The translations under genes and the position numbers were made by a program. This document shows, in pieces, positions 26,001 to 37,052 of a DNA stretch of 64,000 bases. The DNA comes from Azolla caroliniana (taxonomy: Eukaryota; Plantae; Polypodiophyta). The notes beneath the pieces are model-generated. The model searched no databases and was not told the origin of the DNA. It saw nothing but the letters and a program-made list of their open reading frames with translations. Each line of letters opens with the position of its first letter. Position 1 is the stretch's first letter. The stretch is from NCBI GenBank assembly GCA_043228905.1, contig JBHGNT010000009.1, positions 17,546,001 through 17,610,000 of the forward strand, given 5' to 3'.

Positions 26001-28985
26001 CATCCGGGAACCCAATTTCACTCTGCAACCCTCCCCACAGAAGAGATGGGAGTTTGTTTTCTACATTAAAATCCAGATTGTTTTTTATGGTCATCTCTTT
26101 GTGGTCTGCATCTTCCAAGGAAGGAACAGAAAGTTGTAGTTTTGGTCCAGGCCTCCAAACAATAGAACGGTTTTCTTCATCACCAACTTGTACAAAATAA
26201 TTATATTCACAGTGTGTACCGAACGGTACCTGTAAGAGGTTAAACATTCAGGGCACAAGGAACCTGTTTACACAAGATCTGACCAAAAGATATAGCATTA
26301 AAAAAAAGCAATTATTGTGCATTGTATTATGAACTCAGTGCACTCATCTTTTACCAATATATTTCAGTAAATGGAATACACTATAACCAGGTGGACGATT
26401 TGCCAAGATCCATAAAACAACTACCAACTAGGTGAGTAAACTTAAGCACATTATCTTTCATCAGGATTTCTCCTACGTTTGGATCGTTTTTCCAGAATGT
26501 TATGGATGAAAACAATTTAATAGAGGGATAGGCTTCATAAAGGAACTTTCCTTGTCCCTAGGAAAAAGATGTTTATGGATTTATAGATTGATTCATTAGA
26601 ATCAACTATTATGGCAATCCAGCATTCAATTTTCTCATAGTCAAATAAGCTACAATCTCATTGGCAATGTACAGCATAGTCAAATATATAATCCTGATAT
26701 AATAATAGCGTTGGTCTTACAGTTCTTATGCATTGCCATATCAATATTCACATGTATGCAACCTATGGCAGTTTGTATTATTTCATTGGTAATACATATT
26801 TTTCATTAACAATAAAGTTGGCCTCATCAGGCATAACCTTACCTTAACCTTTCCTTCCCACATGTGAGGTTGTCCACGTGCTTTACATTCAGAGAAGGCT
26901 ATTGCCACGTCAGGATTCCAAGAACCCAGATGATCATTTCCTCCCACAAGAAAGAGTTTCTGATTTTCATTTAGATGCGCTTTGACCAGCCATCTAATGG
27001 TACAAGTTGGCTCATATTGTGCTTTGGGCAAGTTAGATTCACCCAGCTTCTGCCTCCTTGACCTCTTATTCTTTTTCAACAGTCTACTTTTCTTCTCCTC
27101 TAGTTTTTCAGATGTTGCATCTTCCACCAGCATTGTTTCCACACTTTGTACACCACCATCTCCTTCGTCCAAATCTGTATGTACGCTCTTTTCCTCTCCA
27201 AATGTATTCCCTAGGAACAAAATGTCTTGTTTTGACATTTCTCCTCTCAGATTATTCTCTACCTCGTTATCTGGGTCATTTTTAACATCTCTAATTTGAC
27301 CATCCAAACGTTTATCGTCATTAAACATGTTCGCATGGTGGATATCCTTGGTGCTTGCAGTATCCACCATTTCATTTTCACTTTGCTCAATAATTTCAAC
27401 TCTATTCTTTCTTCTGCGGGGCTTTTTCTTTCCAAGAATAGCTAATTGATCCATGGATTGTAAAGAATTGCTGAAAGGCAGAGTCTCAACATAATTGGTG
27501 ACATCAATGACATGTCCTCCCGCCTTCATATCATACTCTACACTAACTACATTTTCAAATTCTGCACCGTCAAACAAAATGTCTTGTTTAGACAATTCTA
27601 CTCTCAGATTATTCTCTACCTTGTTATCTGGGTCATATTTGACATCTCTACTTTGATCATCCAAACCTTTATCATCATTAAACATGTTTGCATGGTGGAT
27701 ATGCTTGGTGCTTGCAGTATCACCCATTTCAATTTCACCTTTAGTCTTTCTTCTCCGGGGCTTTTTTTTTCCAACATTAGCCAACCGACCAATGGATTGT
27801 GGAGAGTTGATCACAGGCAGTGTCTCAACATAATTGGTAACATCAATGATATTTCCTCCAGTCTTCATGTCATACTCTACACCAACTACATCTTCAAATT
27901 CTGCAACAAGATTAGGCTCTGAGTCCCAATCTTTGAAAAAAACCTGAGTTTAGTGTAATTTTCACTATGATATTTAAAATACACCCTTAAATGTTTGAGA
28001 TTGAAGGCACAGATACCTCCAAATTTTGAGGTGCTTTAGAACAAAAAAAAAACTTCAAATATTTGTAGCACAAGTGATTAATGATTTCAATGAATTCAGA
28101 TGAAGGTTTATTACCTTTTGGTAAAATTATATGTTTTGACCCCTTAGGATCAGAGCCTAAACTTTGGTCTAATGATTTCTCTTCCGTTGTAGAAAGCATC
28201 AAATTATCGCCACTTTTCCCACCACTTTTAGATTGTGAGACCTTGTTTCGTTTTTTCAACTTAATGCCATTCTCGTCATTTGTTTTTCCTATGATTTCCA
28301 CATGTTCATGGCTGAAGATAACCTCAGGAGAAGTAGTATCTTCATCGAATGCAGCAGTATATCCATGACGAGTGGTATCTTCAAGAAAACTAGTATCTTG
28401 GTGAGAAGTGGTAACTTCATGAAATGCGATATCGTCATGGAGAGTTGTATCCTGATGAGAAGTGGTATCTTCATGAGAAGTTGTATCTTCATGAAAAGTT
28501 GTATCTTCAGCATTAACAACACACCTAACCAGAGAAATGGTCTCTTCGATGCATGAAATACCTCTGTTTTTTTCATCAGGATTTGATACGCACGTTTCCG
28601 CAACGTTCTTCTTTCTCCTGATTTTCTTCCGACCAGGATTCTTAGTAGTAGCTGTTATCTCCTCATTAGGTAGGCTCGGAGCCGGAAGACTCAAATCATT
28701 TCGCACGCTATCTTCAGCTTGTGTGGGGCAGTGTGGTGCGGAGGAGGGCTTCTGATCAGGTAACGAGAAACGAGAGAAAGCGGGAGGAAGAGGTGTTCTT
28801 GTCTGATGATGGATGGTGATCATACCATGCTGTTGAAGGCATCTGCGGCGAGGAAGCCCGAGCTGAATGGGCTGTGTTCTCTTCCACTTGGAGCAGGAGG
28901 AGTTATGGAGGAAGCAACGAGAGTAGTGTGAGGAAGGGGGGGAGACGATATACAGAGGATCGAGGAGAGAAGAAGAAGATGCCAT
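20008..28985 (-). CDS. RNE: Plastid ribonuclease E/G (RNase E) with transit-peptide-like N-terminus, CBM20-like domain, S1 domain and RNase E/G catalytic domain; 12 exons, about 1520 aa
   Basis: Hand-built GT-AG model with consistent phases. Exons: 28985-28115, 27900-26843, 26229-24898, 24561-24244, 24156-24115, 23717-23593, 22888-22744, 22669-22597, 21574-21462, 21109-20990, 20695-20549, 20235-20008. Motifs: S1 'VGNVYLGIVKKLLPGMTGVFVDIG' and 'VQVRREPLGKKGP'; catalytic 'ETEALVSIDVNGG' and 'LRDIGGIIVIDFIDM'; 'ISELGLMELTRRRVRP'; Zn-link 'PCSCCRGSG'; CBM20-like 'LFLVGGNDHLGSWNP...WEGKVKVP...EYNYFV'. Exon 1 and the last exon are less certain than the catalytic exons. Confidence 0.93.
22978..23240. 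repeat. Tandem duplication of about 131 bp within RNE intron 6
   Basis: 'gcttgt.ttaaggttgaaaa.tgttatc.tccatccaaaa.ggcatattataagcaaaca.ctaaataagaagacc...tctgaatcccc.tcaattgc' occurs twice. Confidence 0.85.
27215..27900 (-). repeat. Coding tandem duplication (two units of about 113-120 aa) in RNE exon 2
   Basis: EFEDVVGVEYDMKTGG..DVTNYVETLP..GKKKPRRRK..DTASTK.IHHANMFNDDK..ENNLR.E.SKQDILF occurs twice, with unit starts 339 nt apart (27900 and 27561). Confidence 0.9.
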
Positions 28986-29157
28986 TGCAGGGAAGGGATT
29001 GAGCGCATCACCATCCGTTTCACCTCAACCTCCCTTTCTTTCTTTCTTTACTGCTACTACAAATTCCTTCCTACTGAAATTACATACATATAATATACTC
29101 TCTCTCTGCCTTCCCCTGTTTCCTCAATTTCCAAACAGATAGATATATACCCCCTTT

Positions 29158-29385
29158 CACTAAATCGCCCACAACCATACCTCTCTCTCTCTCTCTCTCT
29201 CTCACACTAAATCGCCCACTACCCTACCCCTCTGTCTCTCTCTCACTCTCTCACTAAATCGCCCACAGCCATACCCTTCGCTCTCTCTCTCTCTCTCTCA
29301 CTAAATCGCCCACAACCATACCCTTCTCTCTCTCTCTCTCTCTCTCACTAAATCGCCCACAACCGTCTCTCTCTCTCTCTCTCTA
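29158..29385. repeat. Five copies of CACTAAATCGCCCAC(A/T)..C separated by (CT)n tracts, period about 46-48 bp, upstream of RNE
   Basis: Copies start at about 29158, 29205, 29252, 29299 and 29346. Confidence 0.9.
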
Positions 29386-29875
29386 TTGCAAGATAAAACT
29401 TTGTGGATTAATGTTAAACAACATGAATTATAAGTAACAACAAGAAGAAGAAGAAAGAATACTAATAATAATAACTCTCGATTCGCAACAAATTAGAAGA
29501 TAGACAAAATCAAACGAAGCAAGTGTCGTGACACTCTACTCTACTATGTATATTATTTGCAAAAGGAGACTTTCAAAAGAATGTTATTGGAAATCTCCCA
29601 TTGCCTTAAGGAGGCCTACAATGAATCTTTAAAGCAAACGGATGAGAAAAAAAGGGGGTAACGAAACATTTATTAGATAGACCCCATGAAGTTTGTAATG
29701 AAGGATGGTGATGAGAGATGACGGTGTGAGGAGAATTGTGGGGGCATTTGAATGAATAAGAGATTAATACAGAAGAGAACGGAATGGATGTAACCAGATG
29801 TTGGAGGAAGGTTGATCACAATGCACACAACACTTAGCCATGGAGGGGGGGACTTTTGTTGTGTTGTTATGGTAG

Positions 29876-30265
29876 TTAATGATGATTGTTGTGGTTCTCA
29901 TTGTTGTTCCTAGCAAGAGATCTAGGAGGGGTGGGGACACGGGGCGTAGGAACATGGACGAAATGAGGAGGAGGAGGAGAAGCAGCAACGGGAGGTTGTG
30001 GTCGGTGTATGTCTTCTATTTCGCCCGCGTTGTGATCTTTGGATGGGCCCGAAGGAGGGACACTAATGCGGGGTAAGAGAGGCACTACCAGGCTCCACTT
30101 GGAAGAAGCCTCTTCTGCTCGCAGTTGGCGTGCATTGTCCATGGCTCTACCTCCATGGATCCAAACTGCATTCATCGAGAGCACCAACACGGCTACTACT
30201 AAGAAGACTGATGAGAGGAGTTGGCTATTCATCTCTCTATTGTGGGAGCTCTCTTCACACTTCAC
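29876..30265 (-). CDS. IDL: Secreted IDA/IDA-LIKE (EPIP-motif) peptide precursor, single exon
   Basis: Hydrophobic signal peptide (MNSQLLSSVFLVVAVLVLSMNAVWIHG-GR). Motif LPRISVPPSGPSKDHN (30029-30076) matches the Arabidopsis IDA EPIP motif LPKGVPIPPSAPSKRHN. TATA-like TATATAAA about 110 bp upstream. The true start could be the second Met (30232). Confidence 0.75.
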   Translation of the reverse strand: MKCEESSHNREMNSQLLSSVFLVVAVLVLSMNAVWIHGGRAMDNARQLRAEEASSKWSLVVPLLPRISVPPSGPSKDHNAGEIEDIHRPQPPVAASPPPPHFVHVPTPRVPTPPRSLARNNNENHNNHH

Positions 30266-30625
30266 TTCACTTGTTTACTCTCTCTCTCACTCTCTCTCTC
30301 AATAATATGTCACTTCTTTACTCTCTCTCAATTATTTGTCACACTTCTTTGCCTTTCTATTCTAGTCTAGTCTTTATATACATTTTCCATCTCTTCCCTT
30401 CCTTCTTCACTATGCCTTTTGCGTCTTCCATCTTTTCTTTGCTTTTTTTCTTCTTCCTTCTTCTTCACTTTGCTTTTTCGTTTTCCTTCTATATGCTTTG
30501 CTTTTTTCTTCTTCCTCCTCTTCTCCTAGGAGAGATGTCTTCAAGCTTTTTTTTTCCCTCACTTCTTGATTATGCTTTTTTCTTCTTGTTCTTCTTCTTT
30601 GTCCCCTTGAAGACATATCTTAACA

Positions 30626-30627
<2 letters not shown>

Positions 30628-30686
<59 letters not shown>
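30628..30686. repeat. (CT)n/(GA)n microsatellite upstream of the IDL gene
   Basis: Direct observation. Confidence 0.9.
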
Positions 30687-30690
<4 letters not shown>

Positions 30691-32436
30691 GGTTGTGCTT
30701 TTTCCTTCTTCCTCCTCTCATTCAAGAGAGGCGTATACATATTCAAATTGTGGATGCTTTTTTACTTTTGGGGAGTGGAAACACACTCTCTTTGTTGCTA
30801 TCAACTCATACAAGCATGTCTTTAGGTGGTCTTGGGTTCGTATCCCAAATCACATGCATCTCGTAGAACCATTTACCTTGATTTCCAAGACTACATGCCC
30901 AAATCAATGTATCAAATTCATGATATCCCACCTTCTCTAGGCAGTTAACAGATGACGCATCTCAATTCTCAACTATGTCTCGATTCCAAAACATAAATAT
31001 TGTACATTCCAATTCACACACAAGATTTATCCTATTCTCATTAAAGCCTTTAATTTATTTTAATCGATGTCCAAAAAATAATTGATTGATCATCTATGCT
31101 AACCAATTAATGATGGGGTTTAACAAATAATGTTGTACATAACCTTGTAAAAAATTCAAGCGTGGTGTGTGTGCGGTTTTCTTGCACTTGCACTTGTGGG
31201 CCTATTCCATTCAAAATATACATATCTATGTGAATTGTTCGAACATCGTAGAATGGAGGGTCCATTTGGATGAAACCAAAAAAATGTTGTCAAACCCTCT
31301 TTGTTGTTAATGCTTCTATAAGACATGATAGGATGAAGTCTTATTTTGTAGTTTAGGGCCTTATGGAAGTCTACTTTTTGAAGCAACAAATGAGAGAGAC
31401 GTGCTAGAATTTGTTACGTTGCCTAGGGTGCTCCCTCATCCACTATGGTGATACTCTTTACGCAACGTAATAACATAAGAATGGACCATCATTTTATATC
31501 CATTTCCGGTATTTCCTAGCTTTTAGTTTTCATATTAGATGATTCCTTTTCATTCATTGTTTGTGCAACAATGGATGTGGTCCTTTAATGCAAGAGTGAT
31601 CTCTTGTTGCTATTCTTGAGTTGACACATTTGCAATTAGTTTAGGGTTTTGATCTACATTTGGTGAGGTTTTGGGTTTCGCTTTTTCCCTACACAATATA
31701 TGAGCAATGAAACTATTACTAGATACAAAAGAAATAGTAAATAGTGTCGCATGGTTCGTGCTCATATGATCAAGTGGTTTTCAACATTGAGAGACCACAT
31801 TGTTGCTTCATAAGGACCATTGCTAATAAAACATGTGAAGAATCCTCAACCCATGTTTTAAGCCTTCATGCCGTGATCCAAATCCTCATGAACAAGTCAT
31901 TAATCCTAGCGCATAACCAAACGAAGTGAACTAATGCATGCACACATCAGTGGCATGTGTTGTCTTTCTTGGTAGGAAGGAGTGGATGATGTGATGGTGG
32001 AGATTTTGTTGACTCGTGGGTGTCTATCCACCTCATTGTTGTCAACTCGTCAGTGTGTATGCACTACTCATTTTTAGTGACTTATTCCTTCAACGACATT
32101 GTTGTTCACTCGTACATGTCTATGTGATTCATGCGCATCTACGTGCCTTTATTCCTCTAAATATACATGAATATGCTTTTTTCCATTAGTAATAGGAATG
32201 CTTGTTGATTTTACCTCCATTACCTTCCAACTTCTCGATTCTAAAAGTTATCCCAACATTCTTTTGATGTAAATATCACTAACACTTCTATACCACGAGG
32301 TTATTTTCTAGCCACGATAGATACAAGTTTCTACACAAAGACATTGTTTTCCTAACATAATCGACACTTATTACCGTATGAGGGGAAACCATTTTATCAA
32401 GAACGTGAATGATACTTACTAATATATATATATATA

Positions 32437-32899
32437 GGAAAGCACTATTTCCCCCCCCCCCCCCCCCCCCCAATTTATAGAACCTAATATAACCAAATGA
32501 AATTGTTTATTAATTAATTAATAAACTCAGCATAACTCAGATTCTCGCATATCGCAAGTGCGTGCATTGTGACGAGTCCCCGTTTGTCTTTTGCGAGTAT
32601 CGTCAGTCAAGCCTAAAGGGTGAGGGTTGCGATATTTCCCCCCATAGTAGCACTTGAAAGTGACTTTTATGGTTGTCGCTATGCTTATCCAATACAACGA
32701 TGATATTCTGAGCATGGAAATGATCCTTGATAAAACTTATCAAAACCCCTCTCTCGGTGAAGGTTTTATCGATAATTGAAGCAGAAGGCGCTCGTTGAGA
32801 CATGTTGCTGAACGAGGTGAGAACTATCAAAAATTGTAAAAAAAATGGGGGGGGGGGAAGGGGGGGATAGCCAAAATGGGGGGGCCAATAGCGCTTTCC
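32437..32899 (-). mobile_element. Miniature Mutator-like (MULE) deletion derivative inserted in (TA)n
   Basis: TIR GGAAAGC(A/G)CTATT followed by poly-C (left) and poly-G (right). (TA)n on both flanks. The minus strand encodes a frameshifted FAR1/MULE-like N-terminus: 'KTFTERGVLISFIKDHFHAQNIIVVLDKHSDNHK/VTFKCYYGGKYRNPHPLGLTDDTRKRQTGTR'. Confidence 0.65.
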
Positions 32900-33549
32900 T
32901 ATATATATATATATAGTTGGAAACCATTCTCTATCATAATTCAATACTTTTACACGATACCACTATCTTCTAAATGTATCTTCTCACTGGACATGGCTAT
33001 TTGCATCACTAGCAAATAAAGAAAAGTTTATGTTAATTGTTTTGCCTTTTAAACACAATGTTTGACTTACTACAAGTAGATTTCATTCTTATGAAGCCGA
33101 GTGAAGTTATTTTTGGCCATTGAATCCAAAACTTGCAACATCCTTCTAATATATTTATAAATATCCCCTCAATGGATTATGTGATGAACATATGCATAAT
33201 AAGTTGTTGAGATGGCATTGAGTGACATCCATTGTGATGTGTTTGTTACATTTCCAATTGATTATTCGATTAGGTCTATAAGGAAGAATCAGGTATACAA
33301 AATTAGGGGAGATTAAGGTTGCTTGACCATGAAGAATGTACGATCAAATTTGAACGTCAAAATTTGTGATGCAATAACATATTCCCTTGACTAAATAAGC
33401 AAGAATGTTTCTCTTTTTTCTTAGATTTTTCCTAAACAAAGTAGTGGCACATGATAATATGCATTAACTCTTCCTATCTACGATAAGTAAAATATCATGC
33501 ATCCATAAGGTCCAAACCCCAACAACAAATACACTCTCCAAAAGGTACT

Positions 33550-36450
33550 TACTTCCAAAATATAGTAATGCAAGCACTACACGAGTCCTAGTTGTCAACC
33601 GAGTTTCCCATTATACAAAGGTTTTAGTAGCTTGGGAGGATACAATGGGAATGCCAATTACAAAACATGCTTGATAAGTTCAACTCCTTCAACAAGTGAG
33701 TGAGCAACTACAAGGAGAAGTCCATCTTACAACTCTTTTATGAGATTCGAGAACAAAGACAAGAGGATGAAGATGTGGAGGAATTTGGAAAGATTTTGGG
33801 CATGTTGCAAAGAATGGAGGAATTTGGAATGATTAGACACTTGAGGGAGTGGTTCATTTATAGATTGAATTAAGCCACTGTGGGGAAATTGCACACATCA
33901 AAGTTGGCCTCCTAACTATCAAGACAGACTATGGTGAGGTAGTGATTATTACATATAATGAAGAGAAACACTCTACATCTCTTCTTATCTTCTCGATGCA
34001 TCATGTGTACCTCACCACTTGTCATTAGTTGCATCCTTTGCAAGTGCGTCACTTTTCTAGCTGATACACCCCCTTCCCACCAGGATATCTCATCCCCCTA
34101 AACCCACACACTCACTCCAACATATATATATATATACATATCGAAGCATATCTACAAATATTATTATACAGCCAAGTAGAAGTAAGCTCGCGTGGAAATA
34201 AATATATAAATATACTATAGGTCCTATAGTCTACAACCTTCCCCATTTAATACACTTACACATTTATATAATCAACAAACACATACACATACACATGCAC
34301 ACAATTCTCCTACATTAGTTGCATTCACATGTAAATATTCACATAAACACATTTTTACCACATATGCCCACGCGTTACACAAGTTCATTTATACATACAT
34401 ATTTACACATTCCAACATACATAATTGACGAATCACATCAAATTGCACATGATACAAGAGCACACACATTTCACCAACATATACAACATCACATTATCTT
34501 GCATGGAGAGTGCATATTTTCAAGTGCGCCTGCACGATTCAAGAAGGGAAAAACACCAAGAGCACGACAACATGTTGATTTACTTATTCACCCTTCATCG
34601 ACAACACCATCAAACCCATCTCCCTTGTTAAGTCTTTGGTGATCCCGCTTTCATCTCTCATATCTTTCTCATGTATTGACACCACATTAGGATGCGACAT
34701 AGGGCCGACCTTGATTTGGTGGATAACATCCATTACGTAAGCTAGAATGTTGTATTCACATTTCTTGGTCAAATGTTGGGTGGGGCTTCAAATAGTGCAC
34801 ATGGGTCGACAAAGGGGTATCCGTCGACAAATGACCCATACACAAGCATATCGTGTGTTGCACTACTTACTTGAACTATAAGTCCTTGACAATGGTTAAA
34901 CTTTGAGCTAGATCTTGCATGGTAAAGAAGTCGTGGACACCAATTGAGGTTAGAGATGCACGCCATCATATTGTTGAGGGTGTAGTTGGTCAAGTCCATT
35001 TGTCCCACATGAATGTGGAGGGGTTCACTAATGATAGACTTGAGGGTTGTCTTGAAGTTGGTGTATCCCCAATTGTGTAGGAAGGTGAAACAACATTTTC
35101 TCCAAGTATATTGGAAATTGCAATAGTGATTTGTGTAGATGCTAACAAGCTATGTTGAATTGATTGTATACTCCTTAAAAAGAGAATGTTAAATAGGGTA
35201 CGTGACAGGCAACAAGACATAAAACGTTGGAAGCAATCATGTGGTAGTTGGTTCTTCCATCTAGAAGGTTTACCATCCAAGGAGAGACCTAATTCCATTA
35301 TCTTCAAGAGTTCAATGTTAGTGGCGTTGTCAACCTTCCATGTTGATAAGAATGTAGACATGTGCTCCTCAATGCGTATTCCCTCCACAAATGTGGTGAT
35401 ATGGGTATGGCATATGGAGCTCTAACAAGTAAAGATGACGAGGGAAATAGGGTGTGGAATTGTTGCCAGGCTACTATTAGCCTTGGGGTTATCCCATAAG
35501 TTTTTCTAGTCAATTGAGGTGGAGGGGAGCCCACTTCACCTTTTTTTATCAAGAACTAATAGCTATTCATCTCTCTTCTTTTTTATCGAATCTTCCTCCA
35601 CGAGCTCTTAGATGCTACTATAAAATGTGTGATCATCGAGGATATATTATTAACAGTAAAAACGATAGGATTTATCCAACCACATCTTCCTAACCCCATG
35701 ACCTTTGGCTTTCTAAGAGCCTCAACACTTCTCCAAACTCACACAAAGTTAGGTGTTGAGGTAGCATCATCATCCAAGTATGCAATGAAAACCAATGGGA
35801 GGATAAATATCACATACTTCTCGCATGCTCACCTTATAAGGTAATTTGTGATTTCTTAAGATGGGAATGATAATTTAAGTGTCACACTCAAATCCCCACC
35901 AAGAAGGACATTATTCCACATAAAGAATTTTTACTAACGAGTAACAATCCCCCCCATCTTAAGAAGGTTCCACATCTGAGATGGTGTGTTGATTTGGTCT
36001 CATATGTCTAAATTGGACTCCTCATGGATGATAAAATATATATTCTATATTATCCTATACTTTGACTAGGTTGGAGATCCAAAAAATAGTTCAACCTCCA
36101 AATTTTGTTCTTTCGTTGGTGAAGAGTATATACTACTAAATTAGCGAGGATTAGTAGTGTCTCATTATCATAAATGGAAGCGAAGTACAAGGTGTTGTGC
36201 TATGGAGGATTAGAAATGATGTAGCCAGTAAAGCTTATAAAGGAAAACAAGATGTTGATTAAGGGGGAGTCAATGCAATATGGTTGTAACCATTGCTGTA
36301 TCACAACCAGAAAGAATATGCTATTCCATGGGGCAAACCAAACACCAATATCAAATAGCATGAAGAAGGTGAAGTTGGAGGGTAGTCCAACGAAAGAGAA
36401 TTATGCATATATGTTTACCAAGCCTCGAGACTTGAGTGAATGAAGACGTT
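33550..36450. mobile_element. Degenerate LTR-retrotransposon remnants: Gypsy gag-like on minus (about 34770-35550) and Copia RNase H-like on plus (about 36000-36450)
   Basis: Gag-like 'LGLSLDGKPSRWKNQL'. RNase H-like '..MEAKYK..' and 'PTKENYAYMFTKP' (similar to T.DQ.ADIFTKPL). Heavily mutated. Confidence 0.45.
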
Positions 36451-36700
36451 ATTGCTGATCATTTAGTTGGGAAAATACTGAGAAGTGAGGAAAATAGTGA
36501 GTTGGATTATGCAAGAGTTATGGTAATTGAGTGAAGAGGTTATTGCTTATCATTTAGTTGGGAGAATACTAGCAAGTGGGGGAAACAATGAATTGGATGA
36601 TGTAAGAGTTAGGGCAATTGAATGATGCAAGAGTTGGGAGAATACTAGCAAGTGGGGGAAAAGAGCAAGCTGGATGATGCAAGAGTTTGGGCAAGTGATA
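36450..36700. repeat. Degenerate tandem repeats of about 60-90 bp (gttgggagaatactagcaagtggggga...ggatgatgcaagagtt)
   Basis: Three copies visible. Confidence 0.6.
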
Positions 36701-37052
36701 ATATGGAAGTGGTCTGTACGAAATGGGCAGAGGATCCCATAGAGATTCTGTTCATAGTGTGCAAGAAGGGTAAGATTGACTCTTAGAGTGTCTTGTGTGA
36801 TGGCATGAGATGGTGGCCTTTTTTTTGTTTGTTTTTGAAGCCTTCATGTGTTTGAGTGTGGTGGACAAAAGAAATGGATTTGAGAGGATAAGGAAGGGTT
36901 TTTGCAGAAGAAAGGCTCTTCCTCTTCACAAATAACACCCCCCCCCCCCACACATACACACATACAAAATAAATCAGCAGAGACCAATCAAATGATCACA
37001 ATGGCCTTCTCATGAATCTGCTTGCTCATCATCTGGCTATGGTGCTCCCAGG

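Noticed and set aside
29158-29385. CRISPR-like regularly spaced repeats
   Set aside because: The spacers are (CT)n microsatellite rather than unique sequence, there are no cas genes, and the context is eukaryotic.
30130-30825. 231-aa hydrophobic ORF on the plus strand
   Set aside because: A product of CT/T-rich low-complexity sequence, antisense to the IDL gene and its promoter.
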